From positions 454 to 64,453 of the forward strand of contig JADFAK010000021.1 in NCBI GenBank assembly GCA_015665315.1: a stretch of 64,000 nucleotides of DNA. Reading direction: 5' to 3'. The position numbers and the translations under genes are program-made. The notes under the pieces were generated by a model. That model saw only the letters and a list, made by a program, of their open reading frames with translations, was not told the DNA's origin and ran no database searches. The DNA is from Flavobacteriales bacterium (GTDB lineage: Bacteria; Bacteroidota; Bacteroidia; Flavobacteriales_D; Sanyastnellaceae). How positions within the stretch are numbered: position 1 is the first letter of the stretch; each line of letters opens with the position of its first letter. This document shows, piece after piece, positions 27,278-36,700 of this stretch.

Positions 27278-29299
27278 TTACTTCCCATATTCACGGTCCA
27301 TGACATAGGCACGCTCTTCCTTCCTGATCATGGCTAGTCTTATCAAGTCGATGATTTGCTCCTCTGCAGGGTCTTTAAATTTTAGTGGTTCGTTGCGCAC
27401 AAAGTAGCGGATCTTCATCACAGACTCTGGCTTGTCTCGCACCGATGTTATGTATACATCGACCGATTTCGTTCTTTTTTGCTGAGAGAACAAACTGTCA
27501 TAGTCTAGCTGGAAGACTTCGGCATACGCTTCTCGGGTTTTTTCCTTTTTACGTGATTCGAGGTAGGAGCATCGTACATATTCAATTTCGTTTACCTCGA
27601 AGTCGTAGAGGGTTTGCCAGTAGCGTGGGTCAAGTGTGTGCAGACTGGTTTTTTGGCCTTCAGAAATAAGAACTAGCCAGCTGAAGTCTTCCAATTCGTC
27701 AAGCATCCGATAATCATTGAGATCGGTATAAATCAGGTCTTTTAGGACAAGTGATTTGTGTTGTTGTTGATCGGCTAAGACAGTTTGCAGCATACTTGAA
27801 AGTTGGGGCTGCAGGTCTTCATTCTCTCCACGAATAAGGATATCCTCTTCACCTTGTCGAACACGAGCCGTCATACCCGCAAACACGACCATTTTTTGGT
27901 CTGGCAATGCCGCTTGCAATGAATCGGCCAACATGAGTTCGGCGTACTCTCTGTAGCCGATATCTTCAAAGCTAAGGTATCGACGCAGTAGGGTGTTTCT
28001 TGTATCCTTCATGTCGGCATAGCTCAAAGCGCATGACAGGACACATTCTGGCTCGTTGTACGTTTGGCTCAGCTTGTAGAAATAGTTGAAAGCTTGTTCG
28101 TTGTTGAAGAATTTGGGTACTTCATTCCAGTACTTCTTGCCCGGACACGCGTCAAACTCTTCCTGTGACATCCGCAGCGGACCCAAAACGTCGGAGGAGA
28201 AAAGATTGGATCTTCGAGGAACTTTCTTTGTCCTATCCTTGGTCTCGACGACATCGAAATAGCGGTAGGAAATAAAATTGGCTGTCCATAATTCGGGGCG
28301 TAAATAACATGATCTTCGAATACCCTCCATGATATAGTACATGTACATCGGATTGGAGAGGTCATCGAGGTGGTAGCGAAATGCTCGTTCAATACATAGG
28401 GAGTAATCGAAAGAGTTGAGGTAGTCGCGAAGGACAATGGCGCGGATGCTCTCCTGCGCTTCCTTGAGAAAATTTGGGTCTACGATGAAGTCGGCACCGG
28501 GCGTTTCGGCATGCTTTGCTTTGAATGACTCAAGTGCATCGATTCGCTCCGACGAAAGGGGGTGGGTTGTAGCGGTCATTCTCCACATTTCAAGTGAACG
28601 TGAGATATAATTGCTTTCGATCTTTGCAAGAATATCAAATGAACGGGAAATGCCTTCCATGTTGTAGCCTGAAGCATACATCCAAGCTATAGAAAGTGAA
28701 TCGGCTTGCAACTCGACGTCTTGCGAAAAGGAGTTCCTCGAGGTGTTTCTTCCAAGTAAAAACGGATCAAATTCCCCATCTTCTCTTTTGACGAATTGTT
28801 TGATCGAGTGTTGTTTGTAATAGTGGGCTACTTCATGGGCCAGGATCGCGGCTAGTGTTGCTTCATCTTTGATCTCTGCGAGAACGCCAAGGTCGACATA
28901 AGTGGATCCCGAAGGCCCCATGTGGGCATTGAAATCACTAGAAATGTTCAGAAAAGCACGGATCATTTTATCCGACTTCAACTCGTCTGGAAGGACGTTC
29001 TGGAGTACTTGGTTGACATAATCGCTTAGCTCAGGCCAGTCGCTAATTACCTTGCCATTCTTCGAAGAGAATTCGGCTTGGAGTCCGTTTTGATCGGCAA
29101 AACGATAAGCTGCCCGGTCGTATTCTCCTCCCTTTAAATCCTCGGGAATAGTTGACCATATATGTTCGCGGATTTCGGATGCTTGAATGAAGGCTTCCTT
29201 CGGGAGGGTGTCGCTAAACTGTCGTTCGAAGCGAAGTGCGTATTGTCCAGTGGCTGCGTAGCATCCGAAGATGAGCAGGATAAGGCATTGGATTTTCAT
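27278..29299 (-). CDS. M48-like zinc metallopeptidase with a long C-terminal extension
   Basis: Signal peptide and AILAHEVAHYYKQH (HExxH) in an M48-like context. About 400 further residues have no family I recognise. Confidence 0.6.
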   Translation of the reverse strand: MKIQCLILLIFGCYAATGQYALRFERQFSDTLPKEAFIQASEIREHIWSTIPEDLKGGEYDRAAYRFADQNGLQAEFSSKNGKVISDWPELSDYVNQVLQNVLPDELKSDKMIRAFLNISSDFNAHMGPSGSTYVDLGVLAEIKDEATLAAILAHEVAHYYKQHSIKQFVKREDGEFDPFLLGRNTSRNSFSQDVELQADSLSIAWMYASGYNMEGISRSFDILAKIESNYISRSLEMWRMTATTHPLSSERIDALESFKAKHAETPGADFIVDPNFLKEAQESIRAIVLRDYLNSFDYSLCIERAFRYHLDDLSNPMYMYYIMEGIRRSCYLRPELWTANFISYRYFDVVETKDRTKKVPRRSNLFSSDVLGPLRMSQEEFDACPGKKYWNEVPKFFNNEQAFNYFYKLSQTYNEPECVLSCALSYADMKDTRNTLLRRYLSFEDIGYREYAELMLADSLQAALPDQKMVVFAGMTARVRQGEEDILIRGENEDLQPQLSSMLQTVLADQQQHKSLVLKDLIYTDLNDYRMLDELEDFSWLVLISEGQKTSLHTLDPRYWQTLYDFEVNEIEYVRCSYLESRKKEKTREAYAEVFQLDYDSLFSQQKRTKSVDVYITSVRDKPESVMKIRYFVRNEPLKFKDPAEEQIIDLIRLAMIRKEERAYVMDREYGK

Positions 29300-29498
29300 G
29301 AGAATAGTTCAATTTGGAAGGCCCAAAGTAGCAAAGATTGAGATAATCCAAAGGATATTATATAAAATATTCTCCTGATAGAACGAGAAAGCCCTACAGT
29401 CGATGTGTCGAAACATCAACTGTAGGACTTAATCAGCGTTTTTGTAGGCACAAGATGATTTATATCACTGTGCGTCGAAACAGTCTTGCTGTTTTCAA

Positions 29499-30149
29499 TT
29501 ACTTCTTACCCGTATACTTGCGTTTCCACGCCAAATATTCAGTCTTTTTAATTTGCTTGATTACACTGTAAACCGAACCAGCCCAGTAGTTTCTCAAACC
29601 AATGCCCATTGGCTTGCCAACAACGCGCTCTTGCATTAGCACTTCATTGGTGCTTAGATTGATAGCAACCAAGTGGTAAATTCCTTCAAGCGTTAACTTG
29701 TTCATGCTTTCTGCGATAAAGACAAAGCCAATGCCGGTCTTTCCAGTTGATTCATACTCTTTGCAATAAGCAATAATGTCTTCCTCTGAAAAACTGGGAG
29801 CGTCGTAAGTTTCCATGTCATCGGCCGACGCATTTGCATTCTTCTTCATTATCATCTCGATGCTATTCTGCATATTGCTTTTGCGCAACATACCACGTAC
29901 ATCATACTTGTCTGGCTCACTTATTAATAAGTAGTTCCACTTCGGGAAATAGGTCTTTTGAACTTGTACCGCGCTGCGATTGCCAGCTTCAGCGAATTCT
30001 GAAAAATCACCCACCAAAGAGACATGTGAATAATCGATTCCCAACCAGAAAAAGTCATGGTCGCCAGATGCAAATACATCCTCAGTAGTTTGGCTAGTGC
30101 CAATAAAAGTAATGGAGAGTGCTAGAATAAATAAGAAGTGCTTGATCAT
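29499..30149 (-). CDS. Secreted hypothetical protein
   Basis: Signal peptide MIKHFLFILALSITFIGTSQ. No family recognised. Confidence 0.5.
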   Translation of the reverse strand: MIKHFLFILALSITFIGTSQTTEDVFASGDHDFFWLGIDYSHVSLVGDFSEFAEAGNRSAVQVQKTYFPKWNYLLISEPDKYDVRGMLRKSNMQNSIEMIMKKNANASADDMETYDAPSFSEEDIIAYCKEYESTGKTGIGFVFIAESMNKLTLEGIYHLVAINLSTNEVLMQERVVGKPMGIGLRNYWAGSVYSVIKQIKKTEYLAWKRKYTGKK

Positions 30150-30721
30150 GATAATTGATAATTAGTTTGTTGATGAAGCCGTTGTTCGACTAATCAAATG
30201 CTAAATTATAAAATTCATAGGATCTCGAAAGACCCCAAGCTTGTTTATTGAACAGGTATGGGGGAATATCCTGAAGCCAAGACAACTTCGTTCATTCCCA
30301 TTCAACACAAATGGCTATTCAGAAGATGTAAAATCGATCCACCGAGGGCTAGGGATTGTTTCATGACTGTGGTTATTTTTACACGACTGTCCGCAAGGTA
30401 TCACCGGGACTAACGCCGTGGGAATTTTGCTCATTTGATCGATATGAGGCGCAAAGACTTTTTGTCCTCACCAGGTATAGAACGATGAAGTTGTAAAGCA
30501 TCGTGTCGTGTTAAGAAGAAACTACATATCCCGAAATTCGAGTAAATCCTGTCCCTTGAGACAATATATAGGTGGAAATTTGTCTGCCCAACAGAATTTC
30601 CGAGCTTTTCGGCACTGGATTCCCATGGCTAACTGCAATGAAATCATCAAATCCATTCATGCTCCGGGTCAGCGGTTAAAACGTTGGTGCTACTTTGAGG
30701 ATAGTCATTTATCTTTATAGC

Positions 30722-33700
30722 ATGAACAAAGTGTTGATTGTGTCCATATGTGCATTTGCCCTTGTGGCTAGTTGCAAAACGCATGAAGTAACTTCAAGTG
30801 CCAATGATCTAGGCACTGCTGAAAATAACGAGACGGAATCGGGTGCATTGTTCTCTCAAGTACCATCCAGTCATTCGCATGTTGATTTTGTGAATCGTTC
30901 AATTGAGACGGTAGCGCGAAATATTGCCGACTATGATTATTTCTACAATGGGGGTGGAGTTGCGATTGGGGATTTGAATAAGGATGATTTGCCAGACTTG
31001 TTTTTTGCGGGGAATGATGTGCCGAGCAAGATGTATTTCAATCAAGGAGACATGCAATTCAAGGATGTCACGGAGAAAGCTGGGATTTCGGGAAATAGAT
31101 GGAGTACGGGAGTTTCCATGGTTGATGTGAATGGCGACGGTTGGTTGGATATTTATGTGTGCAATTCAGGTCCCGATGCCGATTCTTTATCGACAGAGAA
31201 CGAAATGTGGATCAATCAGCAAGACGGGACTTTTATCGATGAAAGCGTAGCCATGGGCATCAATGACCCGGCGCTCTCAACGCAGGCCGTGTTTTTTGAT
31301 ATGGACAATGATGGGGATCAGGATTTGTGGGTGCTGAATCATTCGGAGCGCGGATTGGGAAATCAGGCCTACGAATGGCTTGGGGCAATGAAAGCCTTGC
31401 CTTTTGAAAAGCAGCGACTCCTGAGCAATACCATTTACGAAAACGAGGGCAATGGTCATTATAAAGATGTTACCACGCGATCGGGTTTGAGAAATCCAGG
31501 ATTCGGCTTGGGGATTTCGTTGAGTGATTTCAACCATGACGGATTGCTAGATGTCTATGTCGCCAATGATTTTTTTATTCCCGACCTCTACTATATCAAT
31601 GAGGGACAAGGGAAGTTCAAAGAAGTGAGCAAAGAGAAACTCAAGCACATCTCCTTTTTCTCGATGGGTTGTGATGCGGCCGATATGAACAACGACGGTC
31701 TGAGTGATCTCTATGTTTTGGACATGGCCTCACGCGATCACGTGCGCAGCAAGACCAACATGAACTCCATGAGCATTCCCGAGTTTCGGTTTTTGAAAAA
31801 TGATTTGGGCTACATCGGTCAGTTCATGACCAATATGCTGCACTTGAATCGCGGAGACGGCGAGATGAGTGAAATAGGTCATTTGGCAGGGGTTGATCGA
31901 ACCGACTGGAGTTGGGCTCCTTTGATGGCCGATTTCGATAATGATGGTTGGAAAGATATTTATGTCACCAACGGCATGAAAAGGGACATCAAGAACAACG
32001 ACTGGCGCATCGAATTGCTGGGGATGCTAGGCGATCCAGATTACGATCGCGCGATGTATTTCGACCATTTGCAAAAAGCGCCAAAGACTCCTTTGAGTAA
32101 CATGATGTTCCAAAACAAGGGGGATCTGACCTTTGACGATAAATCGGCGGCATGGGGCTTGACCTTGCCTTCCTTCTCAAACGGGGCGGCCTATGCAGAT
32201 TTGGATTTGGATGGAGACTTGGACCTGGTCACAAACAATCTTGACGACCTCGCCACGATATGGAAGAACAATGCGAGTGCAAGCGAAAAAGGAAATTTCG
32301 TGCAATTGGAGTTGATCGGAGATGCTTCCATGGTCCACGGGGCTGAAGTTCAAATTACAACTTCCTCGGGCAGTCAAACATGCGAAAATTTATTCACCAG
32401 AGGATATGCTTCTTCGGTCGAACCGGTCATTCATTTTGGGATAGGGGCAGAGCAGCAAGTGTCCAAAATTCAGTTCACTTGGCGTGACGGCACACAATCA
32501 GAAATCAACAACGTTCAGGCCAATCAGCGCTTGAAAGTCCAAGTTTCGGAGCTTTTGAAACTCGCTGTAGATGAAGCGCCAATCACTCCTTTTTTCGAGG
32601 ATGAGTCCAAAGCGATTTTGGGCAAGAATGTATACCACCATGAAAATGCCTGGGACGATTTTGAGAAGGAGATCCTTTTGCCGCATCAAATGACTCGAAT
32701 GGGGCCGGGAGTTGCAGTTGGAGACATGAACGGCGACGGACTGCAGGATTTCTTCTTGGGCGCCGGCACGACCAATCCGTCGCGCTTGTTTATCCAAAAG
32801 GACGGCATTTTCTCTGCTGTTCAAGACGATTTTAAGCTCAATCGCAACGCAGAGATTATCGACGCCTGCTTTTTCGATGTCGACAACGATGGGGATTTGG
32901 ATTTATACGCTGCAAGTGGTGGAGGTGGAGAGTTTGTCGATAGAGAAGCGGGATTGCAAGACGTGCTGTATCTCAACGATGGAACGGGCCATTTCAATGC
33001 CGCAGCAGATTTTCCAGTGTCCTTGAAAAGTTCAGGTGCCGTGCAGCCCATCGACGTGGACAATGATGGCTGGATGGATGTTTTCGTGGGAACGCGCAAT
33101 GTTCCGGGAAAATATGGGGCTTCCGATTCGTCGGTCTTTCTGAAAAATGAGGGCGGACTATTAGTCGATCGCACCGAGGAGTATTTGGATGGAATAGCAG
33201 ATTTTGGCATGGTGACCGATGTCGTTGCTGAAGACCTGAATGCCGATGGATTGCAAGATCTGATCCTGGTTGGAGATTGGATGAATGTCACGGTGTTGAT
33301 CAATCGGCGAAGCAATTTTGACTTGGTAGAACATCAAGCTTTGCGCAATACGGAAGGCTGGTGGCGAAGCATACATAAAGTAGATGTCGACCAAGATGGG
33401 GACATGGATTTCGTCCTCGGAAACATAGGGGAGAACAACAAGTTTCACCCAAGTCAGGACCATCCCTTGCATCTATTTGCCGGCGATTTCGACGCGAGTT
33501 CGACGTGGGATATTGTATTGAGCAAGGAGTACAAGGACAAATTGGTTCCGGTTCGAGGTAAGGAATGTTCGACCGCTCAGATGCCCTTTGTGGCCTATAA
33601 ATTTCCAACGTACGATCAGTTTGCCTCCTCTTCTGTTTACGATATTCTGGGCAAGAGCGCTTTGGATACATCGGTTCATCGAGTGGCTCACACCTTTTCT

Positions 33701-34069
33701 CACGTCGTCATCGAGAACCTCGGCGAGTTCAAGTTTAAGGTGCATGATATGCCGCGACAAGCGCAAATGTCTCCTCTGTACGGCCTAGCCAGTGGCGACT
33801 GGGATAAGGATGGGAATTTGGATTTGCTGTTGGCTGGCAATGAAACGGGGACGGAAGTAGAAACAGTTCCCTATGATGCTGGTAAAGGGCTTGTGCTCTT
33901 CAATAATTCACGGATGACTAGCGGAGCAAGGTTCGAGATGGACCTCCGAAGACTCGGAGTGGAATTCGATGGGAATGTAAAATCGATGAATTGGATCTCC
34001 GTAAATGGAGAATTAAAATTATTGGTCGTGGAAAATGCTGGGTCAGTGAAAATGGTCTCAGTGAAGTAA
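30722..34069 (+). CDS. FG-GAP/VCBS-repeat plus ASPIC/UnbV-domain lipoprotein (CRTAC1-like)
   Basis: Lipobox LVASC, many DxNxDGxxD FG-GAP/VCBS repeats and a central UnbV_ASPIC-like segment (GAEVQITTSSGSQT...VIHFGIG...FTWRDG). Confidence 0.8.
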   Translation: MNKVLIVSICAFALVASCKTHEVTSSANDLGTAENNETESGALFSQVPSSHSHVDFVNRSIETVARNIADYDYFYNGGGVAIGDLNKDDLPDLFFAGNDVPSKMYFNQGDMQFKDVTEKAGISGNRWSTGVSMVDVNGDGWLDIYVCNSGPDADSLSTENEMWINQQDGTFIDESVAMGINDPALSTQAVFFDMDNDGDQDLWVLNHSERGLGNQAYEWLGAMKALPFEKQRLLSNTIYENEGNGHYKDVTTRSGLRNPGFGLGISLSDFNHDGLLDVYVANDFFIPDLYYINEGQGKFKEVSKEKLKHISFFSMGCDAADMNNDGLSDLYVLDMASRDHVRSKTNMNSMSIPEFRFLKNDLGYIGQFMTNMLHLNRGDGEMSEIGHLAGVDRTDWSWAPLMADFDNDGWKDIYVTNGMKRDIKNNDWRIELLGMLGDPDYDRAMYFDHLQKAPKTPLSNMMFQNKGDLTFDDKSAAWGLTLPSFSNGAAYADLDLDGDLDLVTNNLDDLATIWKNNASASEKGNFVQLELIGDASMVHGAEVQITTSSGSQTCENLFTRGYASSVEPVIHFGIGAEQQVSKIQFTWRDGTQSEINNVQANQRLKVQVSELLKLAVDEAPITPFFEDESKAILGKNVYHHENAWDDFEKEILLPHQMTRMGPGVAVGDMNGDGLQDFFLGAGTTNPSRLFIQKDGIFSAVQDDFKLNRNAEIIDACFFDVDNDGDLDLYAASGGGGEFVDREAGLQDVLYLNDGTGHFNAAADFPVSLKSSGAVQPIDVDNDGWMDVFVGTRNVPGKYGASDSSVFLKNEGGLLVDRTEEYLDGIADFGMVTDVVAEDLNADGLQDLILVGDWMNVTVLINRRSNFDLVEHQALRNTEGWWRSIHKVDVDQDGDMDFVLGNIGENNKFHPSQDHPLHLFAGDFDASSTWDIVLSKEYKDKLVPVRGKECSTAQMPFVAYKFPTYDQFASSSVYDILGKSALDTSVHRVAHTFSHVVIENLGEFKFKVHDMPRQAQMSPLYGLASGDWDKDGNLDLLLAGNETGTEVETVPYDAGKGLVLFNNSRMTSGARFEMDLRRLGVEFDGNVKSMNWISVNGELKLLVVENAGSVKMVSVK

Positions 34070-34168
34070 GAAAAGTGGCACATTGGGGAAAGATTAGTAA
34101 AATTTTCCTATCTTGTCTAAACCATTACATTGAATCATATTACTGATTCGAACATTAAACTTTATACC

Positions 34169-34426
34169 ATGACTAACTTATGCATGGCCATTTTTATGGC
34201 CCTTGTTTTAGGTTCACAAGGTGAGCCTTCAGCTACATCGCTGGACGCGATGCTCTGTCCCTACGATCTCAATGGCGACGGGGTTGTTAATAACCCAGAT
34301 TTATTGCTGTTTCTTTCCAAATATGGCCAAGTAGGCGTGTACGATCAGGATTTTGACGGCAATGGCTCAGTAGGAATTACAGATTACATTGAGTTTATGC
34401 GTTACAAAGGAGGTGTGTGTCCATGA
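34169..34426 (+). CDS. Stand-alone dockerin/EF-hand-like mini-protein, cassette 1 (A1)
   Basis: 85 aa: a hydrophobic N-terminus MTNLCMAIFMALVLGSQG, then CPYDLNGDGVVNNPDLLLFLSKYG and DQDFDGNGSVGITDYIEFMRYKGGVC. 80% identical to A2 (68/85 by hand count). Confidence 0.65.
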   Translation: MTNLCMAIFMALVLGSQGEPSATSLDAMLCPYDLNGDGVVNNPDLLLFLSKYGQVGVYDQDFDGNGSVGITDYIEFMRYKGGVCP

Positions 34427-35307
34427 AAAAGATACTAGCTCTTTTAGCATTGGCGCTGATAAGCGCGGGTGCTAGTTCGCAAGTTGTTCAAATTTGGTTA
34501 GTCCCAGACACGGTGTATGTCGATGAATATGTCGGCGACTTTGAAACTGTGGAGGCAGGATCAGTTGTTTATGGATTTTATTTAGAAATGTTGCATGCCG
34601 ATGATGTTGTGTCGACCATTTACGGGGATGCAACAAATCCACTCGTTCTTGAGACAACGACGAGTTTTTTCACCACTATATTGGGGCTTGCGCCATCTCC
34701 GTCGAACTATGATTTATTCACTTCAATTGCTCCCGAACTTGGGTCGAGTACATATTTGACAATTACGGGTGAGGAGGAAACGTGTATTGACAATAGCATC
34801 TTATTGCTGTCAAATTCAGATAACCCATGGACGGATGAGCTGTTGCTTGGGCAAAGTGCTTTTGTGGATGATATAATTGGCGGTGGTTGGGGCGTGGAGC
34901 CCATCTTTTACCCTGCTTGCACTCCTGCTGGCGAAGACCACATGTATAGAATAGGGCAATTTACTACCACGGGTGTATTTTCGGGTGTAATCAATGTGCA
35001 GACCTTCATTCATGGAGTTCAGCTGGATTATTCGTTGGATACAGGATTGGTCTTTGGACCCGATAATATAGCGGAATTGGGATGTATGGATCCGGAGGCG
35101 ATGAACTACGATTCGAGTATTTTGTTTGGTGATGACTCTTGTTTGTATTTAGGTGACTTAAACGGCGACGGCGAGGTAAATACAGGTGATGTGCTTAACT
35201 TTTTAGGGGCATATGGGTGTGAAGTCGACTGTGGACCGGCCGACATGAATGGCGATGGAGTTGTCAACGCGCAGGATCTACTGATTTTATTGGGACAATT
35301 TGGATAA
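34423..35307 (+). CDS. Secreted protein with an unknown N-domain, one CNYD unit and a double dockerin-like C-terminus, cassette 1 (B1)
   Basis: The ATG overlaps the A1 stop (ATGA), with AAGGAGG 10 nt upstream. Signal peptide MKKILALLALALISAGASSQ. C-terminus CLYLGDLNGDGEVNTGDVLNFLGAYGCEVDCGPADMNGDGVVNAQDLLILLGQFG. Confidence 0.7.
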   Translation: MKKILALLALALISAGASSQVVQIWLVPDTVYVDEYVGDFETVEAGSVVYGFYLEMLHADDVVSTIYGDATNPLVLETTTSFFTTILGLAPSPSNYDLFTSIAPELGSSTYLTITGEEETCIDNSILLLSNSDNPWTDELLLGQSAFVDDIIGGGWGVEPIFYPACTPAGEDHMYRIGQFTTTGVFSGVINVQTFIHGVQLDYSLDTGLVFGPDNIAELGCMDPEAMNYDSSILFGDDSCLYLGDLNGDGEVNTGDVLNFLGAYGCEVDCGPADMNGDGVVNAQDLLILLGQFG

Positions 35308-35488
35308 AATGAAACGCCCTGATTTTGGTGATCGGACTATCAGGAACAAGGTGCTAGGCCTCTTGTTTATTGCACTTTCTTTGCAAAGCAACAAAGTGCA
35401 TGGCTTAAGATCAAGAATCTTAATTGGTAGTTTTAAAATTGATTTTTAGGTTCCTTTAATAGGGATGTTTTTTCTATGATGCAAACAT

Positions 35489-35496
35489 TAAATTTG
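35489..35496 (+). promoter_or_regulatory. Candidate -7 box (TAAATTTG) directly upstream of A2
   Basis: Exact TAnnTTTG match ending 5 nt before the ATG at 35502. This would imply a leaderless or nearly leaderless mRNA. Copy 1 has TAAACTTT instead. Confidence 0.3.
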
Positions 35497-35501
35497 ATAC
35501 C

Positions 35502-35759
35502 ATGACTAACTTATGCATGGCCCTTTTCATGGCCCTTGCTCTAGGTTCACAAGGTGAGCCTGAGGCTCCTTCGCTCGATGCGATGATCTGTCCCTATGAC
35601 TTCAACGACGATGGGATAGTTAACAACCAAGATCTCTTGATATTCCTAACAAAATATGGCCTAGTTGGAGACTTTGATCAAGATTTTGATGGAAATGGCT
35701 CGGTAGGGATTACCGACTATATTGAATTCATGCGTTATAAAGGATCGGCATGTCAATGA
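35502..35759 (+). CDS. Stand-alone dockerin/EF-hand-like mini-protein, cassette 2 (A2)
   Basis: 85 aa, paralogue of A1. Confidence 0.65.
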   Translation: MTNLCMALFMALALGSQGEPEAPSLDAMICPYDFNDDGIVNNQDLLIFLTKYGLVGDFDQDFDGNGSVGITDYIEFMRYKGSACQ

Positions 35760-36634
35760 AATCAATTGTCACATTAATTGGAGGAATGCTGCTTCTACTG
35801 GGCGTTCAAGGTCAAGTTACTCAGGTGTGGTTGGTGGTCGATACAGTTTATACCGAAGAGCAAGTAGGAACTTTTGGGACCGTAGAGGCCGGATCGGTCG
35901 TGTATGACCTGTATTTAGAGCTGATGCATAGCGATGATAAGGTCTCTACGATGTATGGAGATACTACTCATCCCATGCTCATCGAGACAACTACAAGCTT
36001 TTTCGTCGCTGCTGAGCTAGGCATCGCGCCGAATAACTATGAACTTATGTCCTCCCTGTTTCCTGAAATACGGGCATCCACGCGCGTTGGAGTGAACAAT
36101 GACCAAAGTGAGTGTAGCTCTCAGAATATTTATTTGATCAGTTCAGAACAAAATGATTGGGTTGCCAATTTGAACGATGGTCAGTCCGTGAATCTGGACG
36201 ATTTCATAGGAGGTGGATGGGGAGTTGAGGCGTATGCCGACCAGGGATGCAATGAAGCTGGCGACGACCTATTGGTTTGGATAGGACGGTTCACTACAAC
36301 CGGTGTTTTTTCGGGAGTTCTGAATGTACAGTCTTTTATCCATGGAATTCCCCTTGATTATGATTTGGCCGAGGATCTACCCTTTGGGCCGGATAGCATA
36401 ACCGAATTCGGGTGTACCGATTCTACGGCCGGAAATTACAATCCCAATGCACAATTGGACGATGGAAGTTGCGCTGCTTTGGGAGATCTCAATGGCGATG
36501 GGATGATAGACATCGACGACCTTCTTGATTTTTTAGGATCATTTGGATGTGCGGATGATTGCGGGCCCGTCGACTTGAACGACGATGGCATTGTAAATAT
36601 CCTCGACTTGTTGATCCTTCTTGGAATGTTATAA
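35756..36634 (+). CDS. Secreted protein with an unknown N-domain, one CNYD unit and a double dockerin-like C-terminus, cassette 2 (B2)
   Basis: The ATG overlaps the A2 stop (ATGA). Colinear with B1, sharing blocks TVEAGSVVY, ETTTSFF, IGGGWGVE, FTTTGVFSGV and NVQxFIHG. Confidence 0.7.
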   Translation: MKSIVTLIGGMLLLLGVQGQVTQVWLVVDTVYTEEQVGTFGTVEAGSVVYDLYLELMHSDDKVSTMYGDTTHPMLIETTTSFFVAAELGIAPNNYELMSSLFPEIRASTRVGVNNDQSECSSQNIYLISSEQNDWVANLNDGQSVNLDDFIGGGWGVEAYADQGCNEAGDDLLVWIGRFTTTGVFSGVLNVQSFIHGIPLDYDLAEDLPFGPDSITEFGCTDSTAGNYNPNAQLDDGSCAALGDLNGDGMIDIDDLLDFLGSFGCADDCGPVDLNDDGIVNILDLLILLGML

Positions 36635-36638
36635 AAAT

Positions 36639-36679
36639 GAAACGCCCTGACATCGGTGGCGATTCCGTCAGGGCGTTTC
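36639..36679. terminator. Bidirectional terminator hairpin (13-bp perfect stem)
   Basis: gaaacgccctgac-N15-gtcagggcgtttc between convergent B2 and the 36701-38404 gene. Only the left arm is present after B1 (35311-35323). Confidence 0.65.
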
Positions 36680-36700
36680 TCGTTAGCTATAGTAATTAAT

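Noticed and set aside
30150-30721. A 570-bp ORF-poor gap upstream of the ASPIC/UnbV gene, considered as a riboswitch (cobalamin-like strings such as actgtccgcaagg) or another structured RNA.
   Set aside because: I could not find the conserved cobalamin core (AGGGAA, GGTGAAAATCC, B12 box) or any other riboswitch, RNase P, SRP or 6S signature in either orientation. The gap is left unannotated. An Infernal/Rfam scan would settle it.
31277-33766. Multiple 63-164-aa antisense ORFs inside the ASPIC/UnbV gene, and similar antisense ORFs inside other long genes (for example 12984-13304, 24394-24780, 39292-39690, 59163-59735).
   Set aside because: They are shadow ORFs opposite well-supported long coding regions, and none shows a recognisable motif.
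34423-36634. Assigning the N-domains of B1 and B2, or any other protein in the window, as a cohesin.
   Set aside because: I cannot recognise cohesin sequence signatures by eye. The idea is kept only as a testable hypothesis, not as an annotation.
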